DNA of 64,000 bases, taken from NCBI GenBank assembly GCA_013265495.1, contig MU058781.1, forward strand, positions 1,096,963 to 1,160,962, in the 5' to 3' direction. The notes beneath the pieces are model-generated. The model did no database searches. It saw nothing but the letters and a program-made list of their open reading frames with translations, and was not told the DNA's origin. This DNA comes from Vicugna vicugna. Taxonomy: Eukaryota. This document shows positions 11,801 through 24,289 of this stretch, one piece after another. Positions within the stretch are counted from its first letter, which is position 1, and each line of letters begins with the position of its first letter. Both the position numbers and the translations under genes were made by a program.

Positions 11801-12185
11801 CATGTGATTTTAGATTATGTTCCTTTTAATTTCAAAATTACCATCTCCCTGCTTCTTAAGTGATCAGAAGCCTCAACAGTTCCTTATCTTGCTTTTTCAC
11901 CTAAGCGAAGCAGTTACAAGCATTATTTGTAGGATCTTAGGACTCAGAGAACAGCTGTGATATAATTCTTAAATGTATAATAGGTGGATATGTCAGTAAA
12001 AACCACAGAAGTGGTCAGAACGTTGTAGTTAAAAAAAAAAAGGAAATGATTCAAGTAATTTCCACATACAGATAACGTTTGGTGAAATTAACAAGGCAAT
12101 AGAGGGCAAGGATATTATGAAAATTATTTTAACCTAAACACAAATCTTTTTTGCATCTGCCGTAGTCTAGTAGCATTCCCTAGTA

Positions 12186-12369
12186 CCAGGGTTCTCAAAA
12201 TATGATCCCTGGACCAGTGACATCAGTGTCACCTGGGATCTTGTTAAAAATGCGACTTCTCAGGCGTCTCCCGCGACCCACCAAGTGGGAACTCTGGGGC
12301 CCACGAGCTGTGGTTGTAACAAGCCACACAGGTGATTCCTTTGCCTACTAAAGTTTGAGAAGCTCTGGT
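12186..12369. mobile_element. MER5A (hAT-Charlie)
   Basis: GGTTCTCAAAATATGATCCCTGGACCAG...CACCTGGGATCTTGTTAAAAATGC...AACAAGCC...AGGTGATTC...AAAGTTTGAGAAGCTCTG. Confidence 0.85.
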
Positions 12370-12373
12370 CTAG

Positions 12374-12540
12374 TCCGGTTCTCAAATTTGGGTGTATGGT
12401 AAGGATCACCGGCTACACAGTCATAGTTCTGATTCAGCAGGACTCACTCCAGAAAAAATTTGACTCGGTAGATATTTTTAATCACATCTTTGGTGATTTT
12501 GATCCAGCTGGACGTCTGCCTGCAATCTGCAAACTCTGGC
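12374..12540. mobile_element. MER5B-like, abutting the MER5A
   Basis: GGTTCTCAAATTTGGGTGTA...GATCACC...TTCTGATTCAGCAGG...GGTGATTTTGAT. Confidence 0.55.
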
Positions 12541-12544
12541 TTAA

Positions 12545-12750
12545 CGTTTAAGAGTGTGGTAAACCCAGTTAAAAGCGTAGTATGACCGTTTCCTGTCTCT
12601 AGGCTAGTTGGTCTCTTTGGGCCTATTTGCTCATCGTGAATAATAGTAACACCTGTTTTGAAGAATGATAGTGAAGGTTTGGGGAGATAAAGTAGAAAAC
12701 TGGCACAGCCAAATGCCAGGCACAAGGCAGGTGCGCAGGAAGCGATAACT
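12545..12750 (+). mobile_element. MIR
   Basis: Decayed core and 3' end AATGCCAGGCACAAGGCAGGTGCGCA. Confidence 0.5.
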
Positions 12751-13004
12751 TAGGATGGCTTATCAGTTTCCACGTGGCTGTGTATTTATTTGAAATGTCT
12801 AAAAGTGGCAGTAGCCTCTGACTTAATCCAACACGGTGAAAACCACTTCATCTATTTATAGACATCTCTGATCCTCCTTGAAACTCAAAACAGACACCGA
12901 TTCAGTCATCTTCTACCAAGAAACAGACTAATGAAAACACAGAAGATTCTGTTTTCTGTGATTAAACAAACAAACAAACAAAAACTTCATTTCAAATAAA
13001 AGAA

Positions 13005-13250
13005 AATAGCATAGTACTTAAGAGCACAAACTATGATTCCGGAATCCTTGTGTTCAGACTCTGGCTCTGCCACCCACTGGCTACATGACCTTGGTGTAAA
13101 TCCACGTACCTCGGTTTTGTCATGAGAAGAATGGGGATAATAATCAGTACTTCATGGCATTGCAGGGAGAATTAAATGAGTTAATTTAACATGTACAGTG
13201 TACTTATGATAATGTTGGAAGTACAAACTTTCAACAAACGGTAAACATTA
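13005..13250 (+). mobile_element. MIR
   Basis: AGCATAGTACTTAAGAGCACAAACT...GGCTCTGCCACCCACTGGCTACATGACCTTGG...AATGGGGATAATAAT...ATTAAATGAGTTAAT. Confidence 0.85.
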
Positions 13251-15204
13251 TTACCTCCAAAAATCGCTGGAGTTAGTTTTCCATGTGCTGATTATGGTAT
13301 ATTTGGAACCAAATTTAAACCTGAATTTTTGTCGTAGTGATTAAATAGAATTACTAATAAGATAGCAATGTTCTCATTGTGCATAAATGTAGATTTTTAA
13401 ATGTTTACATTATTAATACAGAGTACACATTTTTGTAATAAGAGCACCTTCTTGTCTGCTTGGAGAATGAGGATTTGAGTAATGCCTCAGGTCAAGGGAA
13501 CCATAATGCCATTGCATTATCTACTGTTGAGTGCTCAGGAGTGACTGGAGTCCCATTAGCAGATCTGCATCAAGTGCAAAAGAAATAGAAATTCCTCTTT
13601 AAATATATGAGAAACCATCCTGATGACCTAGTTTTTAATTAAAATTTTGCTAGATATGTAAATACTGGGAGAATCAAAGGCACAGCTTGACAAATGACAT
13701 AAATCCATATTTGACATACCTGAGATACCTGAACCCTGAAATATGCTGACCGTAAGCCACCAAGGGTGGAAAATAACGTGTAAGCAAAGTAGACAAAGAG
13801 AATCGGCCACCATCATGCATTTGCTGAAAACACTGTATATGGTCCCAGATGACTTAAGAAAAGATAACCTCATTCCAGTTTAGAAACCCACAAGTTTTTG
13901 AAGGCCTGGTTTGCCTTCAAATACATCATAATGGAAAGTTAGCCATAGTGGTAATTTCTTTCAACATTTAGTCCATAAAAAGACTTGTACTATCCCCCAA
14001 CTTGTTTCTTATCTTAAATAAAAAAGCTAATAAACTTTAAGAGGCATAGCTCTTTGGGGTTCCTTCCAAGATCAAACATAAGTCTTGCATTATATGTTTT
14101 CAGATGTGCATAAAACAGTAATGTCACAGCACCCACTTTCCAAAAGCTCAAAGCCACACTCCATTTCTTTTTGCAACTGATAGCCTTCGAAGAGTAAGAG
14201 AGCAACACGGGCTTTCTTTCGTATTCTGTTGAGAAAGTTGAAGTCATATCAAGTCTCAAAATTGGTAAATTATGACCTTTATTGCAAGAAGCAGCTTCTT
14301 AAAATATAGCCGGTCAACACTGCATTATCCACAGGCATCCTATAGCAGACTCAATATGCAAGTTAAAAAAAACCAGAAGAGTTTGGCCTAGAGTCATTTT
14401 TCACTTTTATTCAAGTGTTAGGGTAGAGAAGGATTGGGTAGAATTAGGGTATAGGTGGGGTCTAACATAATACTAGGCAAAATTTCAAAATAAATCTAAA
14501 TATCCAAGTCCCTTCTTTAATTTAAATTGTATGGGACTGACATTTTGTAAGTCAAACAAGAGTGAATTCTGGCAATTTTACATGATTCAGCCTTAATACT
14601 TCCCAGTGCTCTCTCTCCCAGCCCCCAGCGCCAGTTGCTTTTCTCTTGTCTCAATCCCCCAAACCCGTTGTATCGCATCACACTGGTTTGTTTGCTTTCA
14701 AATCCCTCATCCTCCAAAAAATCAGCTCTCACCTGCTCCAAGAACATTCTTAAGTAGAGGAAGTTTAAAGTTAAGGAACTTAGTCCATGAGGGAAATATT
14801 TAGAGGTAGGTGGGCCCTCCAGGACTATGTAAATCAAACCATATAATAGCCAAACTCTCTACCCTACATGCCCACAAAAAAATACGAAAACAAGATGATT
14901 TCTCCATAGCTACTGGCAAGACTGTGCATTACAATGACGTCAGTCATGCATATACATTATAGAGATCACTTCTCTTTCAGCTGAAGTCGAGAAAGATTGT
15001 TGGCAGTTCAAATATTTATTTAACTCAAGAGTACTTGGGATGATTTCTTTTCCTTTCAGACCTATTTTTCCAAGTGAGCCTAATTCAAAATTATGAACAT
15101 GTCACGGCTGTAATATTTTTGACATCATTCCAAGTTTCTGTTTCCTTATCGGTAATCCAATTCCTCTCTGCCCAGACACATCTGCCATGATTTTGTATGA
15201 GAGT

Positions 15205-15362
15205 CAATGTAGCGTGGTAACGGGAAGTGTGGACCCCAGGCATGTGGGGTTTGAGTCCTGGCTCTGCCACGGAGCACCTGTGTGGCTTTGGTGATGTTAC
15301 TTGTCTTCCGGTGCCTCAGTTTCCTCTTCCGCAGAAGAGTAATCCTATTTATCCCATAGGGA
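15205..15362 (+). mobile_element. MIR
   Basis: GAGTCCTGGCTCTGCCAC...GTGCCTCAGTTTCCTC core. Confidence 0.8.
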
Positions 15363-15609
15363 TAAGTTTACCAAACTGAATTTAATTTCATTTTCTCCAC
15401 TACCCCAAAAGGTGAGGCTGATGAGGAATATGGTATGAGCTCTGAAAAATAATGAAACTATATCTTTTTTGCACTTTTGAGTGGACCAAAAGTAAACTGC
15501 TTACCCTACCAAAAACACAATGGGAGAATAGCACATTTGATTTTTAAGAGATGAATTTGGACCTTTTAAAGACCATTTTGTTTCATAAAACTATCAATAA
15601 TGGGGAAGA

Positions 15610-15872
15610 CCATATAATATAATGTCCAGAGCACATGCTTTGGAATCTGGTTGCCTTAATTCCAATTCCAATTCCATTCCTTTCTTAGGCGCGTGCCCCA
15701 GGGCAAGTTATTTCTTGCTGTCTTAGTTCCTGTACCTGTAAAAAGAGGCGATTAATCAGTTACTACCTCACATGATTGCTGTGAGATAATTCATGCCCAT
15801 CATGATAGTACTGTTCAAGCAAAAGCTCAAAACATTGCAGGACACATGGTAGGTGTTCAGCTAAGTTTAGCC
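15610..15872 (+). mobile_element. MIR
   Basis: GGGCAAGTTATT...CTGTAAAA...ACTACCTCACATGATTGCTGTGAG...ACACATGGTAGGTGTTCA. Confidence 0.75.
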
Positions 15873-16389
15873 ATAAGTAGACCATTCAGCAGAATTGTAT
15901 TGGTCAAAAGAAAGTTGACATTCAGCCAGCTGACCTTTTAAAGAAAAAGATTTTTTCCAAACTGCCATTTGACAGGAATATGGAGAGCCCTCCAGCCTTA
16001 CTGGAAGTGACGTGCAAGTGGTTAGACTGCTATTTTAAAATTATTCTTTCATTATTTATGTCCAGCCTAAGCGTCTAGTTTATATGATTTTTAACCTTGA
16101 ATTTACAGAGTGATTCTGTGGAAGTGGGGACATGGGCAGGTCCTTTAAGTTAAATTACCTCTTGAAACCAAATGACTCAGGGAATAATTTACTTGGAACT
16201 TAGAAATGCAGAAAAATGGGATTTTCATTAATTATTTACTTTTAGTCTCTCTAACAATTAACCCAATGGTTATAGCATAGTCTTCTTCTTAGGATCTGGG
16301 AACAAACAGGTTTCAATGACAGGTGGCTGGAAGAATTTTACAAACTATTAGTCTTGCTTACTTAGTTTCCATTTGATAGTGAGTCTGCT

Positions 16390-16610
16390 AATTCAATCAC
16401 TTGGTAAACATGTATTGATTGCCTACTGTACCCTTGACAATACACTAAGTATATTGAGGGGGAAATGGAAGATGTTAGGGGAGGTATAAAGAAACAGGGG
16501 ATGTGTTCTCTGCTCTCAAAGATCTCATGGTTTAGTTCTAGACATCTCCCACACAGCCACAAGCCACAGAGAATGACCAAGGAACGATATATGCAAAATA
16601 ACATTGTAAA
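16390..16610 (-). mobile_element. L2 fragment
   Basis: AAACATGTATTGATTGCCTACTGT...TTCTCTGCTCTCAAAGATCTCATGGTTTAG, the antisense L2 3' end. Confidence 0.6.
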
Positions 16611-16757
16611 AAAAATGAGTATATAAATGCTAACTGGATATGGAATACAAAAATAAAGGGGTAGAAATTATTGTACAGAGTCAAGATACGTATATATAAA
16701 ATTATTTATTTTCTTAAACTTTATACCAATCTTAATGAAAAGAGGCAAGGTGCACAA

Positions 16758-16803
16758 TGTATGTATAGCAGTGTATATGTATGTATGTATATGTATGTAT
16801 GTA

Positions 16804-16840
<37 letters not shown>
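16758..16840. repeat. (TATG)n-(TA)n microsatellite
   Basis: Direct reading. Confidence 0.95.
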
Positions 16841-16842
<2 letters not shown>

Positions 16843-17234
16843 TAGGACAATGAATTAGTCTTTTTGTTTTAAAATCTGTTATTCAAAGCAACCTCTAGAA
16901 GAATGGGCCTTATTTAAGAAGACTAAGTAAAAACCAATGCTGTATAACTTACTTCAATAATGTACAAATTCAAATCAAATTTCCACCTTCCTTATTTTTT
17001 TAACCATGGTTTCTCTCTCTAACCTGCAATTCCCATGTTGATGTTGTTTTACTCCTACATAAATGCATAAAATAGACTACATAGGCTGCATGAATGGTGA
17101 ACAAAGATGAAAGTTCAGTACTCTACATGATTATTTCTAAATTGCGGCATAAAAAGAGAGTCCTGAGAAACAGAAAAATGCACTATTAAGAACAACTTTG
17201 CAAATAATTATTGCATTTTGTTGGTTTGAGATTT

Positions 17235-17430
17235 AATTTTAGAGAGCATCACTGTTCAGACTCTGCCTGATCATGTCCGGTGATCACCATCTTGAGGGTT
17301 AACTCACTCCATTATTTGCTAGTTTTCATTGTTAAGAAAATATGTTTTTATACTGAACTCACATACCCCCTCAGATTTTCACTTGTTGATTCCCTTTTGC
17401 CAAACAACATAAATTGATTTTTCCTTTGCA
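17235..17430. mobile_element. CR1/L3 fragment
   Basis: CTCCATTATTTGCTAGTTTTCATTGTTAAGAAAATATGTTTTTATACTGAAC resembles the conserved L3 segment. Confidence 0.45.
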
Positions 17431-17469
17431 AAATAGCAGCCAACACAATGGACATAAAAAAGTAAGAAT

Positions 17470-17710
17470 AATAGTTTTACGTTATTGAATGTTTACCATA
17501 TCCCAGGCATAGAGCTAAGTATTTTACCCACATCAAATCACTTAGACGTCACAACAGCCACAAAAGGGAAGTACAATTATTATTCCCATTTAACCATTGA
17601 GAAAACTCAGGAATAGAGTTAAATTAATTTTCCAAGAATACGTGGCTGGTGTTGGAGCCACAGCAAGCTCTAACCTGGGACAGTCTGATTTCAGAATCCA
17701 CTGCGTTACC
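17470..17710 (-). mobile_element. MIR
   Basis: TTATTGAATGTTTACCATATCCCAGGCA...ATTATTATTCCCATTT...GAGAAAACTCAGG...CAGTCTGATTTCAGA. Confidence 0.8.
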
Positions 17711-18399
17711 TCACCAAAATAGTTAGGCAGTAGGACCCGTGACATATTTAACAGACCTAACAGACCTGTATAGGATGTATTACCACATGCATCACTCTCC
17801 CTGTGAAGGAGCATTCTGAAGGTCAGTCTAAATCTGGATTCTGTCCTATATGCCAAAATAAATTGAGATTTTAAACCAATCTCTTCACCAGCATATGAGA
17901 CAGAGCATGAAAAGCTAAGGCAGAGGCAAACATAATACAAAGGAAACAACGCTGGTTTCCAAAGGCAATAACTGACACTCATTAATTTGAGAACTGCAGT
18001 CTTCTTTATATATTGTTACTGAGGGCACCTTAACTGAAAACTGAGCTCTGAGAAATTGCAGCTGTAGAGTGTAAGAATTCCCTGCAAACACTGACAAGAA
18101 GCAGCAAAAAGGTAACTGGTCACCTTAGCACAGACCAGTGAGACTCAGTAAATGCTTGAACACATTTCATAAAGTGTCAACAGAACTTAGAAGTGGAAAG
18201 AATAGAAATCTGAAACAAGATGTTTCCTTAAGCCACATTAGTTAAAAACTTCACCAAGATCCTAGTGAAAAGGAAATGGAATCAGTTCGACAATACAGTT
18301 TTTATAACTGGTTTTCTCACATATTTATGTTAAAAATAAAGGCAGAACTACACTTAGAGCCCAGGAAGCAGTGCCCCAGTCCTAGTCCCAACTCATTAA

Positions 18400-18587
18400 A
18401 GGGTCCAGTTCTAGGAATTTCTGGTTGCACTTTTCCTCATCCTGAGCTTTATAGTGAAGATGTGATGGAGGGCTGCAGTCAACCTGCAATGGACATGTTG
18501 TACAAGCAAAAATAAATTTGTATGTTCAAAAGTCACCAAGCTATAGGGATTGTTTGTTGCCACTGTATTACTTAGCTGACTGATACA
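18400..18587 (+). mobile_element. MaLR LTR (MLT1-type) 3' part
   Basis: AATAAATTTGTATGTT...GGGATTGTTTGTTGCCACTGTATTACTTAGCTGACTGATACA is the MLT1 LTR terminus. Confidence 0.65.
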
Positions 18588-18599
18588 AAATAGTTACCT

Positions 18600-18649
18600 T
18601 GGATGTGAATGCTGAGTCTGGATGTGAAGGCTGAGTCTGGATGTGAAGG
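18600..18649. repeat. 19-bp tandem repeat, ~2.5 copies (GGATGTGAAKGCTGAGTCT)
   Basis: Direct reading. Confidence 0.9.
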
Positions 18650-18920
18650 AGAGAGGTAGGAAATTTTTTCTTTTTTCCTCTGTTTATTCTTCCAGGTTGC
18701 TTAAATTAGTTTTTTATTATTATTATGGTATTTTATTTTTCTCTCAAAAAGCTGGTTTTAAAAGCATTGTGGGGATTCAGATATACTCAGTTAATCATTT
18801 AGCTTCTTTATATCCTGCACTAAACAACCATTTTAGATATTTTTATATAGCTATCTAAAGCAGGGAGACCCTACCCAACTAAAAAACATAATGATTTTTC
18901 CTGATTATAAAAGTAACAAC

Positions 18921-19204
18921 AAACTTATGGTTATCAGGGGAGGAAGGAGATGGGAAGGGATAAACTGACAGTTCAAGATTTGCAGATACTAACTACTATA
19001 TATAAAATAGATAAACAGCAAGTTTCTTCTGTATAGCACAGGGAACTATATTCAATTTCTTGTAGTAACCTATAATGAAAAAGAATATGAAGACAAATAT
19101 GTGTATGTATATGTATGACTGAACTATTATGCTCTACAGCAGAAATTGACACAACATTGTAAGCTGACTATACCTCAATAAAAAAATTTTTTAAAGAAGA
19201 AAAA
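18921..19204 (+). mobile_element. Young 5'-truncated L1 (artiodactyl/camelid-type 3' UTR)
   Basis: TATAGCACAGGGAACTATATTCAA...AATTGACACAACATTGTAAGCTGACTATACCTCAATAAAA, an A tail, and TSD AAAAGTAACAAC (18909-18920, 19205-19216). Confidence 0.92.
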
Positions 19205-19216
19205 AAAAGTAACAAC

Positions 19217-19535
19217 TGTCCAAAAAGGAAAATTAAAAAATGCAAAAGACTTTACAGGGCAAAATGTAATTCATCATTAATCCCATGATCTGGAGATAGC
19301 CACTGTTCTGGTGAATGAGTATTTGTATGTTCTTTCTCATATAGTTTCTATTAATACTTATGATTATTACAAATTGGCATCTTTCTGTAATCCAATTTTG
19401 CATTCTGCTTTTTTACTTAACATTATACTGTGTTTTCCAAAATCATACAATATTTTTGAAAATATACTTTAATGTAGACATGCTATCCCATTTAATGAAC
19501 ACACAATTGTTTATTCAGCTGTTTTTGTATTATTA
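19217..19535 (-). mobile_element. Old L1ME-type 3' fragment (host of the young L1)
   Basis: TTTTCCTGATTATAAAAGTAA left of the insertion continues into ...GAGATAGCCACTGTT...TCTGCTTTTTTACTTAACATTAT. Confidence 0.6.
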
Positions 19536-19539
19536 AATG

Positions 19540-20400
19540 GAAAAGTAATGTGATAGGATCATAATAATTGTGGCATAACCCAAGAATTAGATGAACACAG
19601 ACAAAGAAGCACATGGTTCTATCCGGCAGAATAAAAGACAGCTTTAAGGAGGTGGTGTCTTGTTAGATGGTTCTGAAAGATGACAAGAATTTCATGTGGT
19701 AGACTTGGGAGGCAAGGGTGTTGCATGAAAAGGAGACAACGTGAACAAAAGCATCAACACTTAAGAGCACGTGAGCATTTTAGTAATGCCAAGTAATGTC
19801 AAGGAACAAGTACACTCAGAATGTGGAGTGAGTGACGGTGAGGAGGATGAGTCCTGAAGGAACCATGAAGGCACATTGCAAAGGGTCCTGCAAACCATTT
19901 TAGGGAGTCTAGAGTTTATCCTATGGGCAAGAGGGAGGGACCAACACTTTAAAGAGCTGTGGATTAGATCCATGTTTTAGAAACACATTGTATAGAGGAA
20001 AGAACACTGCTTTTGAAATCAAGGGACCAGTTTCCCCTGAGGCTGATTTCCCCATATGTGAAATTATATTTCACAGAGTTGCTTTGAGGATTAAGGGATC
20101 TGAATTAGTAAGTGCCCAGCAAATGATACTTACATGTGAATTGGCTACAAGTGCAGAGTTTGCTTTAAAGGAGGAAGAGGGAAAACCTTTGTTCTGGAAA
20201 GAGTAGGCAGGAGATGGTGAGTGACTAAGCCAGGAAAAAATGGTGGTAGAGAAGCGAGTAACCAAAGGGTTCAAAAACATTTCCAAGATCTAAAAGACAG
20301 GACTTGATAACCAGCTGGATGTGGGTAGTGGGAACAGTGGAAAAACAGAAACAAAATCACGGAATGTCATTAGAATGACTAGTGATCAAGGGTAGAGAAA
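19540..20400 (-). mobile_element. L2 fragments with a MIR-like piece (~19985-20130) between them
   Basis: TTTATCCTATGGGCAAGAGGGAGG..., GACAGGACTTGATAACCAGCTGGATGTGGG (L2) and CACAGAGTTGCTTTGAGGATTAA (MIR). Confidence 0.55.
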
Positions 20401-20789
20401 GACAAGAATAGAAACAGAAGGCAACTCTACATAACAGCAAAAATGTCTTGAAACCTTGAGCAAACTTAAGACCATGAAGACCATGCCCCCATCGGCTGTA
20501 TTAGATGGACAGTGAAGCCGCAATTGGGTGAATTTGATCATTATCAGTAACACAGGTCACTCAGGCACTAAAGCACTTTTCTATCCACATTCCAGGATGA
20601 AAGAGTGGGCAGAGGCAGTAATTTATCTGAAAAGTTTCGTATTTTTCCTTCTGGATTTTGAGGTAAAGTAAAAATGAAGATCGGACATCTCAAACGTGGT
20701 TTACAAGAGAACAGTATCCCTCACTTTATTCCTCCCTTCACCTACCCCTTGGGGAAAGTGTTTAATGTAGTTGCATGAGTATGGCTTTC

Positions 20790-21256
20790 AAGCATATACA
20801 CACACACCAGATATAGATATATATGTATAGTCTGTATACACACACCATATATATATAGTCTATATACATACACATCATATATATAGTCTGTATACACACA
20901 CACTGTATATATGTGTAGTCTATACACACACAGCATACATATATAGTCTGTATATATAGTGTGTGTATATATAAGTCTAAGATGCATATGTTTATATGTG
21001 TGTATGTATGAGTGTACGAGTATGGCAATGAAATAAAAACAACTATGAATAAATAGGTGGATGCATACATACATGTACACATACATGTAAAAACATACAC
21101 ATGGCATATAAACTAATATATACTATATACTTATATGGTGTACATATTTAGCCTAAGATAGATGTGTGTACATATGTGTGTATATATAGGTTATATATAC
21201 TAAATTATAAAAAATATAAACTATACATTAAGTTATATATATGAACTATATATATT
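20790..21256. repeat. TA/CA-rich low-complexity tract with repeated ATAGTCTRTATAC units
   Basis: TAGTCTGTATACACACAC and TAGTCTATATACA recur about 6 times between 20828 and 20980. Confidence 0.9.
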
Positions 21257-21934
21257 AAAAAATGCATAGGCTTGAGGCCACAGAATAAAAGGTTTCCTTA
21301 CTTCCATCTCTCTGCACCTGCAGAAAAGGATGAGGAAGCCAGACTCGGGAGGCTGTTCCGAGCATCTTGAAGCTGCTATTCCAGAGCAGCTGTGTCCTTT
21401 ACACAAGGGAAGCTTTCCCCTTGTATCCTAATTGGGCATGAAATCTGACTCACCAGCACAAGTTATGCTGGAGCCGGCCAACAGAGCAGCTGCCTGTGAA
21501 ACCCCTTGAATAACCCTCATCCAGCGACTGAAATTGATGTGGGATGGAGCACCGGGCCCATGTTAACCTGACAGATGCTGCAAGGAGCTCAAGTCACCTC
21601 CATTCTCACCACGCACTGCCCTGAATTGTCCTCGTTTGTTCGTCCTCACAGGCTTCTCAAAAGTTAGAAATAGAACAAGAGCCCAGATATTTTTATCGTG
21701 ACGGTAGGTTTCACGACATAATATCGGCATACTAAATTATTCTTTTTCTATACCAACTCATCCTGTTTGGAGATTAGGGAGTGTGCGCCTGGTGAAAGAA
21801 TTTGGTCTCCAGAGAACAGGATCCACTGAAGATGTGAAGACTGGCATCTCACTAAACCCCCTGTGGTTGGTGTCTGTCACTGGCAGGTCCCTGCCAGGCT
21901 CTAGGCAAACGTTCTGTATTGAAGGCAGAATCTC

Positions 21935-22170
21935 ATGGTGCTGAAAATTGCAGGCTTTGGAATCAGACAGTCTAGGACAGACTCGAGCCTAACAATTATC
22001 TCCGGGGGATGCTGAGCAAGTTACTTAACCTCTCTGAGCTTCTGCTTTCTCCTCTGAGGTTGCATATTATTTTTTCACACATGGAATCGTTGTGTGAATT
22101 CATTAACACAGTGGATCCACAGTACCCACCATGTAGGAAGGGCTCACTAATGTGAGATATTAGTATTAGA
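21935..22170 (+). mobile_element. MIR
   Basis: GGCTTTGGAATCAGACAG...GAGCAAGTTACTTAACCTCTCTGAGCTTCTG. Confidence 0.8.
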
Positions 22171-22804
22171 TAGCATTTTTTTTTCATTAAAACAGTCACG
22201 GTCAAACTTGGTTTCAGGACTACAGCAGGACAAAAGCAAAGGATCTCGTACACAAAACTGTCTCCCCTGCTGCCATAAATTTCCAAAATTAGCAGTTCCT
22301 CTCTGTTTTGGAAAACATTTCATCCTTAAGAACTCATTCGCACAATACCAACCTCTCTTCTGTGGAGCCCAGATAAAAGAAATGAGCTTATTTGTATTCC
22401 AGAGACCTTAAAAAAAGAACTTCCATTCCCACACATGCTACTTTGTTCAAAGGAGAAGCTTGGACTTTGAGGAAACAGGCTTCAACACTCCTCAGGACGT
22501 CTAATGAAGATTATTGATTTATATTCCCTTCTGATCACTAATTAGAGTTAATGCAACTTAATGACCCCGTGTCTCTCAAAACTACTTATCAGGATAGGGA
22601 CACCCTAAGAAGCCGCATCTGTTCCTTCCAGACACCGTGGAAGGAGACTAAATATTTGTGCCCTGAACGCCAGAGTTACTGGGAATAGGGAATTCTGGTG
22701 AGTCGGGGACAGGAAAGCCTATTTTATTTTTCTCAATAATTATTGTCCTGAAAACCACTTCTATCTCATCAAACAGACAGATATGGACGTATATCTAGAT
22801 GAGG

Positions 22805-22970
22805 TTCCATAAATCTTAGTGCTCTAAGGAACAGCACAGAACATCTAGTCCGATCTCCCATTTATAGACAAAGAAGCCGAGACAAGGGACAGTTACGTAA
22901 CTGTTTCAGCTCCCACAGCTACTTCAGAGCAAGGTAGAGTTTTAATTCGAATTTCCTGAGGCTCCCTATG
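22805..22970 (-). mobile_element. MIR3-like
   Basis: CATCTAGTCCGATCTCCCATTTATAGACAAAGAAGCCGAGAC. Confidence 0.6.
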
Positions 22971-24289
22971 TTGTGTTCCTATTTTTGACTTTTCTTTAAA
23001 GATTCCAGTTGTTGAAACATCTCTGGTCCTCAGTGAGGGATCTGGGTTACGAACACCTAGGCATCCAGGGCAGACATAACAGGAGACTGAGCTCAGTCTG
23101 AAGGGCCCGGGGTATATCCTGACACATCTCCGAGAGCCACTTACTGTGTTGGTCCCTTTCTCTAGAAGTGAAGAGTGTGGCAGAGAGTGGAGCATCCAGG
23201 CACATGAAGAGTCAGGGTAATAAGCATCTTGTTAAGTCGAGCTGTGCTCTGTGGTGATGCCCTCAGGACCCGTAGAGTTAACGCCCTCCTAACTCCTCTC
23301 CTTGATGCATTTTCTTGGGACCGTGTGTTTGAGAAAGCATTTTCTGCAAGCAAATGTTTCCACTCATTTCACCAGTTCCTCCTCAGAGGGGTTCCTCGTA
23401 CACCAGGGCTCCTGAGGACGTCCCAGGAGAGTCCCAGGGGCAGAAGCTGTGGTTTCCATCACTGCAGGGAGGGAGGGGGAGGCAGCCCCTCATTAGCAGA
23501 GCCTTCTCTGCTCCCCCACCTGCGGGGCCCTTCGCCTTTCCCGACCATAGTCTCTGTGGGTCGTTGGCATACCTTCACTGTTATCACTTCGTTCCCCTCC
23601 TGCCCAACCCTATGACCACCTCTCTGTCATGGGCTAACGAGAAAAATAAATTCTCATTGCTCTAGCCTTCACAATAGCAGGGCGAGCTGGTCTGGCTTGA
23701 AAACTGCAAAACTCAGAAGAAGGATCCCAGAGAGAAGCAAGTGTACACAGGTTAGAGAGGAGAACAGCACTGGTGTGCGTCATAGACAGGGACCACCAGG
23801 GACGAGACCATGCGGCAGACACAGCAATTATTATCTAATGGGTAGATAAACACACACACACCACTTCACATAGGCTTACCCGTGACCAGATTTGTTGAAA
23901 ACCAATGTCTCTTTACTCCATCACATAATCTTAACACAGAGACCAAAAGCAGCCTCCTTGGCAGAATCAACAAAATCTCATGTGGATGAATACTAATGAG
24001 TGACTTCCAAAATTTAAGACGGCTCTCTTGTTCTCGGTATGGCGTACTTGAAAAAGCAAACAAACGAAGCTCTTTTTCATACGCACCAACTAAGAGACAT
24101 ATTCAGGCTTTGGGCCATCTCTGTGCACAGTCTCCTTGTCAAATGCCTGCCCTCGGGAAACTCTCCCAGCCCTTTGGAGTGAACATATCCGTAAAATTCC
24201 TTTCCCTTCCCTTGTCACTCAGTAACCAGCTCCATAAGTGGAGTGACAGTCCCCCTGAACTGAGTCCTGTATACTTCAGGCTAATTTTA

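Noticed and set aside
20742..21107. 121-aa and 112-aa Cys/Tyr/Val/Ile-rich ORFs
   Set aside because: They are translations of a TA/CA low-complexity tract.
23229..23665. Overlapping 128-aa and 103-aa ORFs in a GC-richer patch
   Set aside because: Non-ATG start for the longer one, no recognisable domain, and no bracketing splice signals; long ORFs are expected by chance at higher GC.
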